From positions 1 to 53,126 of IMG/VR virus record IMGVR_UViG_3300031953_000274: DNA of 53,126 nt, one strand, 5' to 3'. The position numbers and the translations under genes are program-made. Below are positions 42,802 to 52,938 of the stretch, in pieces. Numbering within the stretch: position 1 is the first letter of the stretch; the number at the start of each line of letters is the position of its first letter. Origin of the DNA: a virus (lineage: Duplodnaviria; Caudoviricetes). Under the pieces are notes generated by a model, which saw nothing but the letters and a program-made list of their open reading frames with translations, made no database searches and was not told the DNA's origin.

Positions 42802-44402
42802 CGTTTAGCCTCTAAAGCGGTTAAAGCCCTATACCGGTAACTTATGTAGCTGCCCCCGTATTTACTTACTTGCATGGTGTAAGTCCCTGAAACCGCGCTG
42901 GCTAGGTAAAAAGAAAGTGAAGAAATCCCATCCACAGTGTATGTTGTTTGATCGCTTAGATATGCGTTAAGTATTGTTACGGGACCGAAAACAATGGTGC
43001 CACCCCTGACCACGCGCAGATTAATCCATCCAGACTGGTTGCTACCACTCAAGTAACCACTGAAAGTTGCCGTAAACATTATGGGCGCTCCGGTAGACGC
43101 GACTGCTAAGGAGATCATGTTATAATAACCGGCACCAGCACTGATATAAGACACTGCAGAAGAGCTTATGCCTCTCGGAAACGTAACCGCCTGTCCTTTA
43201 ATCTGAAGCGTATCGACGTAAGCATCGCCAGTGTAAATCTTGTTGCCGTCAATGAGGGTAAATCCTGGCCTGGTCCAGGCGTCGGTCTTGGTCTTGGCGG
43301 CATTTGCAGTCGTAATGGCCGATGCGGCATTGCTCTGCACCGTCGCTAGATCGTCCGGTGTGCCCCCAATCTGCAAGGTGCTGGCAATGTAACCAGAATC
43401 CGCTTCGATATGGCCGCGCACCGTGACGTTGTACGCCTCAAGACTTCCAGTCTGCCAAAACTTCCAGCCGTCCACGTCAGTCTGAAAACTGCCTGACTGT
43501 GCATCACCGTAGAACGTCGCCGCGCTGGCCACGCTCAGGTTATCCGCATCGATGTAGTCGGCCTTGAGCAGCCCAGACACCGTGGTAATGGGGGTAAAGC
43601 CGTCCGCCGCCACCAGCTTGCCAAAGGTTAGGGCGCCAATCTGGCCCGACTGAATGGTGCCGTCGCGGATGATGGCGGTGTCCAGCACCACGGTCGGCAC
43701 GCCCACAATGTCCGCGATGATAAGCGGGTAGGTGAAGGCGCCGGCCTCCCCGGTGCGAATGGCGAAGCGTTCGGCGTGTAGGATCAGGGTTTCGTTCGCG
43801 GCCCCTTGTGTGGTGGGCGCATCGTCCAGATTGTTGCTCAGGGTTTCGAGCAGATATTCCACGTCGATTAGGGCCTGTGCCGGGGTGCCGGCGGTGCCGT
43901 TGGTCGGGCCTTCAATGTTGCCTTTCGAGGTGAAGGTGATCCAGTAATAGTAGAGCGTCGGGGTTACATCGTCGCGCACAATGTCGGTGTAGAACGCGCC
44001 GGCTTCCCTGCCAACCAGGATAGCGTTGGCAAAATTGTCGGTCTCGGCCCGGTAGATATTGGTGTAGGCGTGATTGCTGTAGAGCGAGCTGGGAATGGTC
44101 CAGGTCAAATCAATGCGACCGTCGAAACCACCATAGGCGTTGAAATTGGACGGAGGTGGTGGGGTTGACCGATTCGGCGGGGTTGGTTGTGGTGCAATGG
44201 TGCCGCCGCCACCCCTCAAGTTTCCGCTGATCGTGATAACACCACCATCCACTAAATCGCGCAGCGTAATCTTGCGATCCATCGGGTCCCCGCGCACACC
44301 CTCACCGGTTTCGATGATTTCCGAAATAGCAGCCACCAGCGGGCGCAGTTCGGCCGCAATCTTGGGCGATACGGGCGGCAGGGAGCGACGGCGATTGGCC
44401 AT
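42798..44402 (-). CDS. Tail fibre / host-specificity protein
   Basis: FN3-like IYRAETDNF..YYWIT; DTAIIRDGTI and AYVDTLQIKGQAVT (J-like C-terminal motifs); AT-richer C-terminal tip. Confidence 0.75.
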   Translation of the reverse strand: MANRRRSLPPVSPKIAAELRPLVAAISEIIETGEGVRGDPMDRKITLRDLVDGGVITISGNLRGGGGTIAPQPTPPNRSTPPPPSNFNAYGGFDGRIDLTWTIPSSLYSNHAYTNIYRAETDNFANAILVGREAGAFYTDIVRDDVTPTLYYYWITFTSKGNIEGPTNGTAGTPAQALIDVEYLLETLSNNLDDAPTTQGAANETLILHAERFAIRTGEAGAFTYPLIIADIVGVPTVVLDTAIIRDGTIQSGQIGALTFGKLVAADGFTPITTVSGLLKADYIDADNLSVASAATFYGDAQSGSFQTDVDGWKFWQTGSLEAYNVTVRGHIEADSGYIASTLQIGGTPDDLATVQSNAASAITTANAAKTKTDAWTRPGFTLIDGNKIYTGDAYVDTLQIKGQAVTFPRGISSSAVSYISAGAGYYNMISLAVASTGAPIMFTATFSGYLSGSNQSGWINLRVVRGGTIVFGPVTILNAYLSDQTTYTVDGISSLSFYLASAVSGTYTMQVSKYGGSYISYRYRALTALEAKR

Positions 44403-46018
44403 TAAACAAGTTCTCCGGGCGACGTGGCGATCTGAATAGAGGCGACTTCACTTGTGCCTTGGATCTCCACTTCCCAATCACGGGACAGGGTGAAGCCAGC
44501 AGGCAGGCGAAACAGGTTGGTGGACTGAACCGCCTTGTCGAGCATGGTCACGCCGTCCGCGTAGATCTTCAGTTGCACCGGGTAACCGTAGGCAATGAGC
44601 TTGGCGCAACTGAACCCAGCGGCGCCTGGGGGGATTTCATGGATGCGGGAGCGCCAGGTATAGGTCTGTGCGGCACCGGTGCCCCAGGTCACAATGTCGA
44701 TGCCCTGCACCAGATACAGCAGATCCTCGGCCACGTCGTAATAGCCGGCGTCGGCCTGAGTGTCGAAGAACTCAAAACCAACGCCCGGCGTAAACAGGAA
44801 CGAGCCGGTATCGGTGAAACCAAGATACGCGCCGTCATAACGGTAGGCGTGAATGGTTGCCGGGTTCAGAGCCTGCCATTGTTCGCGGGTCATTACATCC
44901 GCGGTTATGACGCGGGCCTCACTGCCACCCACGGCCACCAGACCGTCGTAGCCTGCATACACTGCGTAACCGCCCATATCGACCATAGAGCGCTTAACAA
45001 GACACGGTTGGTTAACGTCCATCTGCATCTGCGCCATGGCTTCGGGACTGGAGCCGGTGACCAGCCAGGGCTGCTCGGTGGTGGTCACAACCAGACCTCC
45101 GCTTATAACAGCAATGGCTACTATCGGATCTGGAAACGCTAGTTGGTAAGAGACCGGCCAGGCGTGCGGAAGGTACGGCTCACAGAACGCCAGCGTATTG
45201 CCGAAGAATCCTACAAGAAAGCCACCGGGGAGCGTGGTCAGGCCGCGCATGGTCGCATCTGGACCATCCCACTCAAGGGACTGCAAGGAAATGCCAAGCT
45301 GTTCAGACAGGACGTTATCGGTATAGGTGCCGGTTGCTGCAGCTAATTCGGTTACCAACTGATAGGTTCCGCCGCTTTCTACGCGGTACAGGCGCTTCTT
45401 GGTAATGTTCAGGTTGGCCGTGGGTATAGCGGGCAGGGTGACTTCGATTTCACCAAAGTCGGGATTGGTGGTTACGTCATCCCATCGCAACGCAAAGCCG
45501 GAAGGATCTGATGGAGGGCCCTCTTCACCAAACTCGGTAACCAGTGTCACCACATACGCTGTTTCAATCGCGGTATCGGGAACATCCGTTCGGGAGGCCG
45601 GGGCAGCAACGGAAGGAGCGGATGCTGGAGCAGGCACGCCCAGTTGAAACCAGGCGGAAGGGTATGGGCCAACGCCTGCAGTCAACTGCGCAATGGAGCC
45701 CATTTTGGGGCCATCCTGACCGGTCCAGTACACGCGGGCATAGGCGTCGTCAGCAATCGGGGAACGCACCACGTCAATGTCATACGCATCACCCCATGAA
45801 AACCAGAAGCCGGCGCCATTGTTGCCCTCATCGTACCGCCAGAGATTCGCCGGATTGATGGTAGCCGGCAGACTTGAGGCAGCGGTGACGCCTTTGTACG
45901 GCTTGAGCGTGCCGCGTTTCAGATTCAGATTCCGGGCAATCTGTGCATTGTTTTCGGGCAATAGCCGGGGGTCCAGGATAGGCAGTTCGCCCCGGAACGC
46001 TGCGTGTTGAATTTTCAT
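44402..46018 (-). CDS. Tail nozzle / virion stabilisation protein
   Basis: FRGELP..PRLLP..AQ.A.N; YVVT.VT.FGEEGPPS; FCEPYLPHAWP; position after adaptors. Confidence 0.7.
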   Translation of the reverse strand: MKIQHAAFRGELPILDPRLLPENNAQIARNLNLKRGTLKPYKGVTAASSLPATINPANLWRYDEGNNGAGFWFSWGDAYDIDVVRSPIADDAYARVYWTGQDGPKMGSIAQLTAGVGPYPSAWFQLGVPAPASAPSVAAPASRTDVPDTAIETAYVVTLVTEFGEEGPPSDPSGFALRWDDVTTNPDFGEIEVTLPAIPTANLNITKKRLYRVESGGTYQLVTELAAATGTYTDNVLSEQLGISLQSLEWDGPDATMRGLTTLPGGFLVGFFGNTLAFCEPYLPHAWPVSYQLAFPDPIVAIAVISGGLVVTTTEQPWLVTGSSPEAMAQMQMDVNQPCLVKRSMVDMGGYAVYAGYDGLVAVGGSEARVITADVMTREQWQALNPATIHAYRYDGAYLGFTDTGSFLFTPGVGFEFFDTQADAGYYDVAEDLLYLVQGIDIVTWGTGAAQTYTWRSRIHEIPPGAAGFSCAKLIAYGYPVQLKIYADGVTMLDKAVQSTNLFRLPAGFTLSRDWEVEIQGTSEVASIQIATSPGELV

Positions 46019-46029
46019 AGGGGCTTCCG

Positions 46030-46587
46030 TCAGATAAAGCGGCGGGCTTTCACGCGATTGCCGCCGCGAGCATGACCAAGGATGGCCAGACGTTTGGCGT
46101 CGGTGGAGCCGATTCGATACTGTGCTTGGTAGTAGCTTCCCAGCTCAGGGTTTTGCCACGGCTGCGGCATCAGCAGGAGTCGCCAGCGGGCGCCATTGGC
46201 CAATGTATCGCCCCAGTCTTTCAGGAGAGTATCAGGCAGGTCAGCGCCCGTTTCGGGCCGGCAGGCCAGTCGCCCGGTCAGGGTGTCGCTTTGTGGCTTG
46301 CGGAGAATTTCAATCGAGTCCGGTCGGCGCTGCTCAAAATCTTGCCCCGGCCGCATCAGGCGGTCACCGTCGTACAACTCCAGAATGCGCAGCACTTCGC
46401 CGCCCTCAGGGGCGAGTAATTGTGGGTAGCCGGATTTTGCCGCCACCACCACAAGGCCCTCCACCGCCCAGGCTTCGGAGTCCTGGCACAGCTCGCGGGC
46501 CATGCGCTTGATCTGCTCGCGCACGGTCATTAAGGGGGCTTCAGGCACGTCGACCGTTACCTGGCTGACAATCTCATTCAGTGTCAT
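46030..46587 (-). CDS. Head-tail adaptor-like protein
   Basis: VPEAP..ARELC..GARWRLLLMP.PW.NP; synteny. Confidence 0.6.
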   Translation of the reverse strand: MTLNEIVSQVTVDVPEAPLMTVREQIKRMARELCQDSEAWAVEGLVVVAAKSGYPQLLAPEGGEVLRILELYDGDRLMRPGQDFEQRRPDSIEILRKPQSDTLTGRLACRPETGADLPDTLLKDWGDTLANGARWRLLLMPQPWQNPELGSYYQAQYRIGSTDAKRLAILGHARGGNRVKARRFI

Positions 46588-47258
46588 GCTCTGGCCCTCT
46601 GCGGATTAGCGGACGCATCAACAGCGTTAGGGGACGCCCTAGAGTCGGCCTGCGCCTTGTTGCCCATTTGCTGCATGTAGTTCTGATAGTGCATCTGCGC
46701 ACGCTGCAGGTTGGCCGGTGTTTCGGCGTCCTTGCTGAAGGCGCGATATAGCAAATAGTCGGCAGCTACGGGAGCGTAGGCGTCACTGAGCCTGAAATTG
46801 TCGGTCAGGCCGGTATTGGTGTCGTGCGAATCGGGCGTGGCAGAGTACAAAATGTCGATCTCGGCGCCGCTTATGGCCGGTGGGTACACGTAAAAGTGTG
46901 TCGGATCAAGCTCGTCAAACGTGAACTGCTCCACCTCGACGCTGGGTGTGTCGGAATGCCAGCCGCGTCGGGCTGAATCCAGTGCTCGGCGGGTGGTGAC
47001 CATGACGGCCATACCGGTGCCGTTACGAATCACGTCCAGCAAGCGCAAGCCGCTGACGGGGATTGTCTGTTTGGTGCCGGTAATCAAGGCCATGCTTTCA
47101 TTCACAGAAAAAGCGTCGGGGCGCAATTGCACCGTTGCCCGATAAAACTCGTTCAGCCACCCCAATATTTCAGCGTTCTTCCAACGGGTGCCGTCTGCGG
47201 TTATTTCCTGCAGGATCAGCTTGGCGTTATCGACAATCTCGGAAACGATGACGGCCAT
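46584..47258 (-). CDS. Head-tail adaptor (DUF6682-like)
   Basis: RW...EILGWLNE, RPDA, GTKQTIP, FYVYPP, DYLLYRAFSKD. Confidence 0.7.
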   Translation of the reverse strand: MAVIVSEIVDNAKLILQEITADGTRWKNAEILGWLNEFYRATVQLRPDAFSVNESMALITGTKQTIPVSGLRLLDVIRNGTGMAVMVTTRRALDSARRGWHSDTPSVEVEQFTFDELDPTHFYVYPPAISGAEIDILYSATPDSHDTNTGLTDNFRLSDAYAPVAADYLLYRAFSKDAETPANLQRAQMHYQNYMQQMGNKAQADSRASPNAVDASANPQRARA

Positions 47259-47261
47259 GGC

Positions 47262-47555
47262 TCAGACTTCCTCCATGTGCGAGAACTTGGCCATTGCAGC
47301 TGTCCACGGCATCACTCGGCCTGTATTTACGTTGCGAGCCATACGAGCGCTTGGGTTTGGTTTTGATGTCGCTACGGGCTTCTCTGCCGCCGTTCGTGGC
47401 GCTTCGGGCTGCAGTTTTTCCGCCTCGGCCAGCAGCTCGGCGCGGATCACTTCTTTGGTTTTGCGCTTGTCCACATCGACACTCAGATACTCAATACCAA
47501 GATCTTCGAGTTCGTCTTTGGTTTTAGCCCCTTCCAGGGCGCGAATCAGATCCAT
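47262..47555 (-). CDS. Hypothetical virion-region protein
   Basis: 97 aa, AGGAG RBS, after capsid. Confidence 0.6.
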   Translation of the reverse strand: MDLIRALEGAKTKDELEDLGIEYLSVDVDKRKTKEVIRAELLAEAEKLQPEAPRTAAEKPVATSKPNPSARMARNVNTGRVMPWTAAMAKFSHMEEV

Positions 47556-47568
47556 GGAAATACTCCTG

Positions 47569-47597
47569 AAACAGCAAGGCCACCCCGAAGGATGGCC
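47569..47597 (-). terminator. Post-capsid terminator
   Basis: GGCCAUCC-UUCG-GGGUGGCC-UUGCUGUUU. Confidence 0.7.
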
Positions 47598-47609
47598 CGC
47601 TGAGTGGGT

Positions 47610-48551
47610 TTAGCCGTGTTCGGCGTACAGGTGACCGATGGCGTTTGGATCAATGACTTTGCGGCCAAAGACGTTCAGGCCACGAATCAGCTTACCGAAG
47701 TCGTTCGGGTTGGGCAGGGTTTCCATGTTGGTCATCTGGCTAGCAAAGGTCAGCGCCTTCTTATGGCCAAAGATCACGTTGGTTGCCTGATTGGTGGTGG
47801 TGGCGTCGGTGACGGTGGATAGGCCGTTGCTGGTGTAAACCATGAAGCGGTCCAGCATCCCAACCTTGCCATTACGGAAAACAGACTCCGCATCGCCCGT
47901 TATGCTTGCGTCACGAAGATCGGACTTCTTCAGCATCCCGTTCATCCAGGCCGGCAGAATCACATAACGTCCGGTACCTGGTACGTTTTGCTCATCCATC
48001 ACAGTGCCGCAATCCACCAGAACATCGAGGATGTTTGCCTTGGTGATGACCACCGGTGCCCCCGCCGCGCCAAGATTCAGAGCGCCGGACTTAGCGCCAG
48101 CCGCAGCGCCCGCGTTCTCTGCAGCAGCCTCGGTGTAGGCGTAGGCATTGATGTTTTCATCAATGACGATCTTCATCTGTTCGCCGCCATCGTCAGACCA
48201 GTTATTCATCAGCCCAATGTCAGCCTGGTATTCGTCTACATCATTCACTTCAAAGGCAAAATACTTCGCCTGGTCAATCTGCAACTCTACCTTGTCGCTG
48301 GTGGGCTTTTCGTAGGTCAACCCGCCGCCAACCTCGTAGTCGCGGATAATCATGCTGGGCGTGGTCCGGATTTGAACCGAGTCTCCACGGCTTTTTATTT
48401 CACCTTCGTAGATGGTGTTTGAAATCTCCGCGTAGCACGTAGATTGATACAATTTCTCTACCAACTTTCCCGACCAGATTGACGGGATAAACCCGCTGGC
48501 ACTGGTGCTGGAATAGTTGGGATGACCTGCGTCACGAGTTGGACCTGCCAT
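47610..48551 (-). CDS. Major capsid protein
   Basis: FIPSIWSGKL, YEGEI..GDSV.I, IDQAKYFAF.V.DVD, RGLNVFG.KV. Confidence 0.9.
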   Translation of the reverse strand: MAGPTRDAGHPNYSSTSASGFIPSIWSGKLVEKLYQSTCYAEISNTIYEGEIKSRGDSVQIRTTPSMIIRDYEVGGGLTYEKPTSDKVELQIDQAKYFAFEVNDVDEYQADIGLMNNWSDDGGEQMKIVIDENINAYAYTEAAAENAGAAAGAKSGALNLGAAGAPVVITKANILDVLVDCGTVMDEQNVPGTGRYVILPAWMNGMLKKSDLRDASITGDAESVFRNGKVGMLDRFMVYTSNGLSTVTDATTTNQATNVIFGHKKALTFASQMTNMETLPNPNDFGKLIRGLNVFGRKVIDPNAIGHLYAEHG

Positions 48552-48589
48552 GATAATAACCTCTCAATCATGAATGCCCAGACCGCTCC

Positions 48590-49516
48590 TTAGCGGGTGC
48601 GGCCTTCTTTTTGGGCTTGGAATATATCGGCTTCCAGCCTCTGCCCCTCGTCTGCGCTGTATTTACCCAGCGACTTCTCCTGATAGAACCGCTTGATCTC
48701 GGCGCCCGTCCAGATCGTGCCGCCTTGCGGGGCTTGACCGTTGGAGCGGCTGGACTGCGGATCTATCTGATCGTCGGGGATTTTGCGTTGAGGGGCTGGC
48801 TGGTTGTTTTTAAAGGCGTTGAAGATGGCGCCTACCTTGTCGGCATCCAGTGCCTGTTGCGCAGCCACCAAATCGTTCTGGCGCTGGGTTCCGGTCTGCG
48901 GGTCGTATTGGGCTAGAAAGGCGTGAAACTTCGGGTCGGCGTTGATGTCCTTCCAGTTGGGAACCAGCTCGGGCAGGACCGTCCAGAATGACGCCTGACT
49001 CTTTTGCTGTTCGCGTTCCTCAAACTGGCGAACCTTGCCTTCCAGTTCCTGCACTTTTGAGTTATCGGGCGGGGCTTTGCTGTCGATCATCTTTTGCACG
49101 AACGATACAAAGTCGTCACCAAACTCATCTTTGCCCGCCTGAATCTGCTCATTCGTCAGGCCGCCAGGGTTGCCCGATGGGGCGGGAGTGTGTTGCGACT
49201 CCGTTAATTGGCGGTCTTTCTGCTCAAGCGTCGATTTCAGGCCTTTAACCTCATCACGCAGCGCGGACACCTCGGCGACGAACTTGCCATTTATGACGTT
49301 AAAGCGGTGTTCCCAGTAACCTTCCGAGCGCTTTGGCTCATCTTGGGAGTGCTTTTCGTCGTCGGCGTTCGGCTCGGGGTCGGCGGATTGCGTGGCAGTG
49401 TCCGGTGCAACAGGCTCGTCAGGAGTCGGGGTTGTTACCTCGGGGTTCTTGACGGGTTCGAAGTGGCGTTGTGCTTCTTCGATTTGCTGCTGAATGGACT
49501 TCGGTAGTGCTGACAT
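48590..49516 (-). CDS. Scaffolding protein
   Basis: Start MSALP at 49516 (AGGAG RBS); acidic coiled coil; between portal and capsid. Confidence 0.75.
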   Translation of the reverse strand: MSALPKSIQQQIEEAQRHFEPVKNPEVTTPTPDEPVAPDTATQSADPEPNADDEKHSQDEPKRSEGYWEHRFNVINGKFVAEVSALRDEVKGLKSTLEQKDRQLTESQHTPAPSGNPGGLTNEQIQAGKDEFGDDFVSFVQKMIDSKAPPDNSKVQELEGKVRQFEEREQQKSQASFWTVLPELVPNWKDINADPKFHAFLAQYDPQTGTQRQNDLVAAQQALDADKVGAIFNAFKNNQPAPQRKIPDDQIDPQSSRSNGQAPQGGTIWTGAEIKRFYQEKSLGKYSADEGQRLEADIFQAQKEGRTR

Positions 49517-49625
49517 TTCAACTCCTGTGCGCTTCATGCGCGGTGAGCCGGTTAAACCGGGGTTCACGATCAAGGGGTCACGGATTCAGGTGCTTCTGCA
49601 GTTCAACAACTGAGTGATCGCCCAC

Positions 49626-49660
49626 AAAAAAACCGCCTCCCATGACAGAAAGCGGTTTTT
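49626..49660. terminator. Bidirectional terminator-like hairpin before the scaffold gene
   Basis: AAAAAAACCGC-CTCCCATGACAGAAA-GCGGTTTTT. Confidence 0.55.
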
Positions 49661-49689
49661 GTGTGAGGCCCGACGGATCGGGCTGGGGT

Positions 49690-49920
49690 TTAGTTCGGGG
49701 TGAAGCGCTTATTCACGACATCGCGGGATTCGTTCAGGCTCTGGATCAAATCTCTGAGGATTTCAGCGGCCCCCTGGGATCGGGAAATTTGCTGGGCGTC
49801 CGGCAGGCGCTCCAACTTGTCCCTGCAGTCCTCCCGTTGCCGGGCGAGGATAGCCAGTAGGCGCTTGCCGTCCGGCGAGCTGCTGATTCGGGCCAGCGCT
49901 TTCCAGTCCTGCTCGTCCAT
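49690..49920 (-). CDS. Small portal-adjacent protein
   Basis: AGGAG RBS; G.RLL..L..R.QG...IL..L pattern; overlaps the portal 3' end. Confidence 0.6.
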   Translation of the reverse strand: MDEQDWKALARISSSPDGKRLLAILARQREDCRDKLERLPDAQQISRSQGAAEILRDLIQSLNESRDVVNKRFTPN

Positions 49921-52027
49921 TCGTGGGCTCCTGCATCATTTTGTAGATTTCAGCCAGCAACTTGCGGGCGTCCAGCGGGGTCAGCGCTTGCGTTCTTTCG
50001 GTATCCGCCTGAGTTTCCGCCACTTCGGCCATGGTTTTTTCAGCCTTGGCGGCCTTGTCTTGCGCTTCCGCCTGCTTGATAGCCTGCTCCAGTTGCTGCA
50101 TGGCCTGGCCGGCTTCGTTCTGCGCCGCGCTGTTCTGCTCCATTTCTTCCTCGGTCGGAATAATGCTCGCCAGATCCAGCTTTTCAGCGATGGACTCCAG
50201 CAACTTACGCCGGCCTTCTTGGCCGATGATGCCCATATCGGTCGGGTTGTTGGTCATCTGCAGGAAGGTAGACCGCATCTGATGGGTCTGCTCACGTATC
50301 AGCATGGCCGATGAGCCGCGGGGGATCACGTTCACGTCGCCTTTGATGCTGTTGTCTTCGGAATACTGCATGTTGTGCAACCACAAGGCCTCGATGACGC
50401 GACGGATCACGCCGCGGTCAATGTGGCGTATGGCGTCTTTAATGCCTTTGTTGGCCGACTCCATCAGCATGGACAGGCCCGAGGCCGTATTGCCTGCACC
50501 GCCCACGCGCTCATTGCCGTAGGTGTAGCGGGGAATGTTGGTGGCGTCGTCGGCCCGTATTTCAAACTTTTCATACACGGCCAGTAACTCGGCGGCGTTG
50601 CTGTCGGGCTGAAAGAAACGAACGGCGGGGTTGTTGCCGGCCACATGGGAATCTTTGGTGCGCCATATCTTCCAGGGGTACATATCCTCGGCGTCTTCGG
50701 TGGGGTCCAGTCGCTCCCAGACCACCTCGACTTGCGGGCCAGATGAAATGGCCAGGTTGTTTATCAGGCTCCGCGCAGTGGCATTGCACACGTCCTGAAT
50801 GTCGCTCATCAGCTCAGGAATGCCAGCACCCCAGAACGAGCCTGGCACCGGTTGAAAGCTGGCTTTGTGGTACGGCCGGCGCTCCAGCGGGTCGCGGTTG
50901 AACTTCACGCGAATGACGTGTTGACCAATCAGAGTGGCTTCCACTTCGTATTCGGCCAGCGGATCTTCCACTTCGTCGGGATTGATACCCCACTGCAGCA
51001 AGCTGGTGCCTTGTGCGCCACCGCAATAGATCAATGCGTCGATGGTCTGGCCGCGGGTCAACCATTCATGGCCGCGACCTTCCAGGGTGGCTCGCTCGCC
51101 GTCTGACCACAACCAGTCACGCAGACCGCTTTGGCCGTGTTCGCTCAGGACTTCACGGATGGCTTCGGTGTTGTAAGACGGTACGCCGATCAACTTGTTC
51201 AGGTGCGCCCGAGTGAATCTTGCCCGCTCGATGATGTAAGCGCCGTCGTCTACATTGGCCGCGTCCGGGCTTGGGTAGATGTCGAACGGACTGACGCGAT
51301 ACCACTGGGGGCGAATCTCCTGTGTCTTGACCGCTTTCCAGCCTTCCATCCACGCCAGAGTCGATACACGGCGCAGGTTATGCCCGCGAATAAACGCGGC
51401 AGGGTAGGTTACGAAATCGTCAATAAAGCCTTCAAAAGCCTCATCCCATTCGCCCTCAGCCATCTGGTCGTCAATCAATTCCTCATGGCGTTTGGCGGCC
51501 TCGCGGGCTTTTTCCTGCACCGCCTGACGGATGTAATCCTCGGCGGCCTGCATCAACTCCTGTGGGTCAGGCTTCTCGCCAGACTGTTGCGCCTGCTGCA
51601 TGGCGTGCTGCATAAACTGCTGAAACACCGGCTGTACAAACTCGGGCGGCAGGTCGGCCAGCGGGGTTGGGTTGAGCCCCCACGGCTTTTCGGTCACTGG
51701 CATCAGAATGTCGCGCACCCAGGCTGCCGCGGCTCGGCATTTGGTGGTGGTCAGCATCATAAAAATGGCGCTGCCGCCTTCTGCCTTGATGGCGCTCAGC
51801 TTAGATGGGTCGTATTCCCCCGTGCGACGGCGCAGGCAGTCCAGCAAGCGGTACTCAACTTCTTGCTTGGCCATCTTGGCTTCTTCCCAAGACCGCCGTA
51901 TGTGCGCACCCAGAGAGCTTTCCACCAGATCTCGGCGACGAGCCTCTTCATCCTGCAGCTGCTGCGCATCATCGTCTTTCCGCAAGTCCGTCGCAGAGCG
52001 GTACTGCATCAGCCCCAAGCTCGCCAT
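49763..52027 (-). CDS. Portal protein
   Basis: TKCRAAAAW, VSPFDIYP, SFWG.GIPE...DIQ..CN, TASGLSMLM; between terminase and scaffold. Confidence 0.88.
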   Translation of the reverse strand: MASLGLMQYRSATDLRKDDDAQQLQDEEARRRDLVESSLGAHIRRSWEEAKMAKQEVEYRLLDCLRRRTGEYDPSKLSAIKAEGGSAIFMMLTTTKCRAAAAWVRDILMPVTEKPWGLNPTPLADLPPEFVQPVFQQFMQHAMQQAQQSGEKPDPQELMQAAEDYIRQAVQEKAREAAKRHEELIDDQMAEGEWDEAFEGFIDDFVTYPAAFIRGHNLRRVSTLAWMEGWKAVKTQEIRPQWYRVSPFDIYPSPDAANVDDGAYIIERARFTRAHLNKLIGVPSYNTEAIREVLSEHGQSGLRDWLWSDGERATLEGRGHEWLTRGQTIDALIYCGGAQGTSLLQWGINPDEVEDPLAEYEVEATLIGQHVIRVKFNRDPLERRPYHKASFQPVPGSFWGAGIPELMSDIQDVCNATARSLINNLAISSGPQVEVVWERLDPTEDAEDMYPWKIWRTKDSHVAGNNPAVRFFQPDSNAAELLAVYEKFEIRADDATNIPRYTYGNERVGGAGNTASGLSMLMESANKGIKDAIRHIDRGVIRRVIEALWLHNMQYSEDNSIKGDVNVIPRGSSAMLIREQTHQMRSTFLQMTNNPTDMGIIGQEGRRKLLESIAEKLDLASIIPTEEEMEQNSAAQNEAGQAMQQLEQAIKQAEAQDKAAKAEKTMAEVAETQADTERTQALTPLDARKLLAEIYKMMQEPTNGRAGLESAGPNQQLAGRQAPTGYPRPATGGLQGQVGAPAGRPANFPIPGGR

Positions 52028-52028
52028 A

Positions 52029-52415
52029 TTACGCAACCCCTTCCGTTAGAATGTCGTACATGGCTTGATTCATCAGTCGCTTGTTGTTGCGCAATCGCTG
52101 GCAATTTCTGAGCATGGGGTGAAGTTGCTTGAACAGGTCTTGGAGATACGCCACCGGGCTTGCTTCAAATTCCTCCAGCTTGACGTTCAGGGTAATGCCA
52201 TAGCTTCCTTCCACCTCAAACTGAAGTCGAATGCCCGGCTTGGGCTGGGTTACCTTGGCTTCAAGGACGATCGGATCAATCTGAATGTGGTCCACGTCGT
52301 TGCGGAACTTGCCGGATGGAATGGGTAATGCCGCTTTAGCCACCGCCTGAGCGACCACTACGGCAACTTCCCGTTGGGTCAGGCTTACGGGTTTGTTCGA
52401 TTCAAGAATGGCCAT
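52029..52415 (-). CDS. Hypothetical protein
   Basis: 128 aa, GAGG RBS. Confidence 0.6.
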   Translation of the reverse strand: MAILESNKPVSLTQREVAVVVAQAVAKAALPIPSGKFRNDVDHIQIDPIVLEAKVTQPKPGIRLQFEVEGSYGITLNVKLEEFEASPVAYLQDLFKQLHPMLRNCQRLRNNKRLMNQAMYDILTEGVA

Positions 52416-52442
52416 GGATACCTCGTTTGTTTTGGGGCAGGA

Positions 52443-52598
52443 TCATCGGCAGCCCAAAATAGCAAGGGCTATCACTGCAGTTGAAAAGCCGGCGAAGGTC
52501 CACATTACCCAGCAAAAAATGAGCGTCGAGCGGTAGCCGCTGGCTTTGCTGTCGGTATCATTCCAGTAATACCCGGTGATAAACTTGAGAAATTCCAT
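52443..52598 (-). CDS. Small membrane protein (51 aa)
   Basis: Read by hand (MEFLKFITGY...); TAATG overlap; C-terminal TM. Confidence 0.45.
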   Translation of the reverse strand: MEFLKFITGYYWNDTDSKASGYRSTLIFCWVMWTFAGFSTAVIALAILGCR

Positions 52599-52921
52599 TA
52601 TGCGAGCACCTCCCAGTCACAGGTGCCGGTCACCACCAGCCGTAACGCGGTGGCCTGCACGGTGAGCGTCTTCAGGGTTGCCGCCGAAACGGCGCCGTCT
52701 GCCCAGGCAGTCCATACCGCAGTTTGGGCTTTGACTTGTGCGGGGGTGCTAATTGTGATCTCCACGCTGCCGGTGGACGTTGCGCCGGGCACTACCAGCA
52801 CGGTAGCCAGTGCGCCGTTGCCCGGCAGGATTACCGCCTCGGAAGTGGTGGCGGCCAAGGACTCGCTGTAGTGATAGCGCAATTGGCCGCTGCCCGTCTC
52901 AACACTTGTCATGATCTTCAT
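52598..52921 (-). CDS. Small beta-sandwich protein, possible virion decoration protein
   Basis: 107 aa; W..W..G.V, ATALRLVV; GGAG RBS. Confidence 0.55.
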   Translation of the reverse strand: MKIMTSVETGSGQLRYHYSESLAATTSEAVILPGNGALATVLVVPGATSTGSVEITISTPAQVKAQTAVWTAWADGAVSAATLKTLTVQATALRLVVTGTCDWEVLA

Positions 52922-52938
52922 AGACTATCTCCGGGGAT

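Noticed and set aside
42798-43200. Diversity-generating retroelement or invertible tail-fibre cassette
   Set aside because: No reverse transcriptase, template repeat, invertase or flanking inverted repeats seen
51131-52111. 326-aa plus-strand ORF (and similar ORFs at 44459, 31587, 49700, 22701)
   Set aside because: Antisense shadows of well-supported genes; no RBS or recognisable motifs
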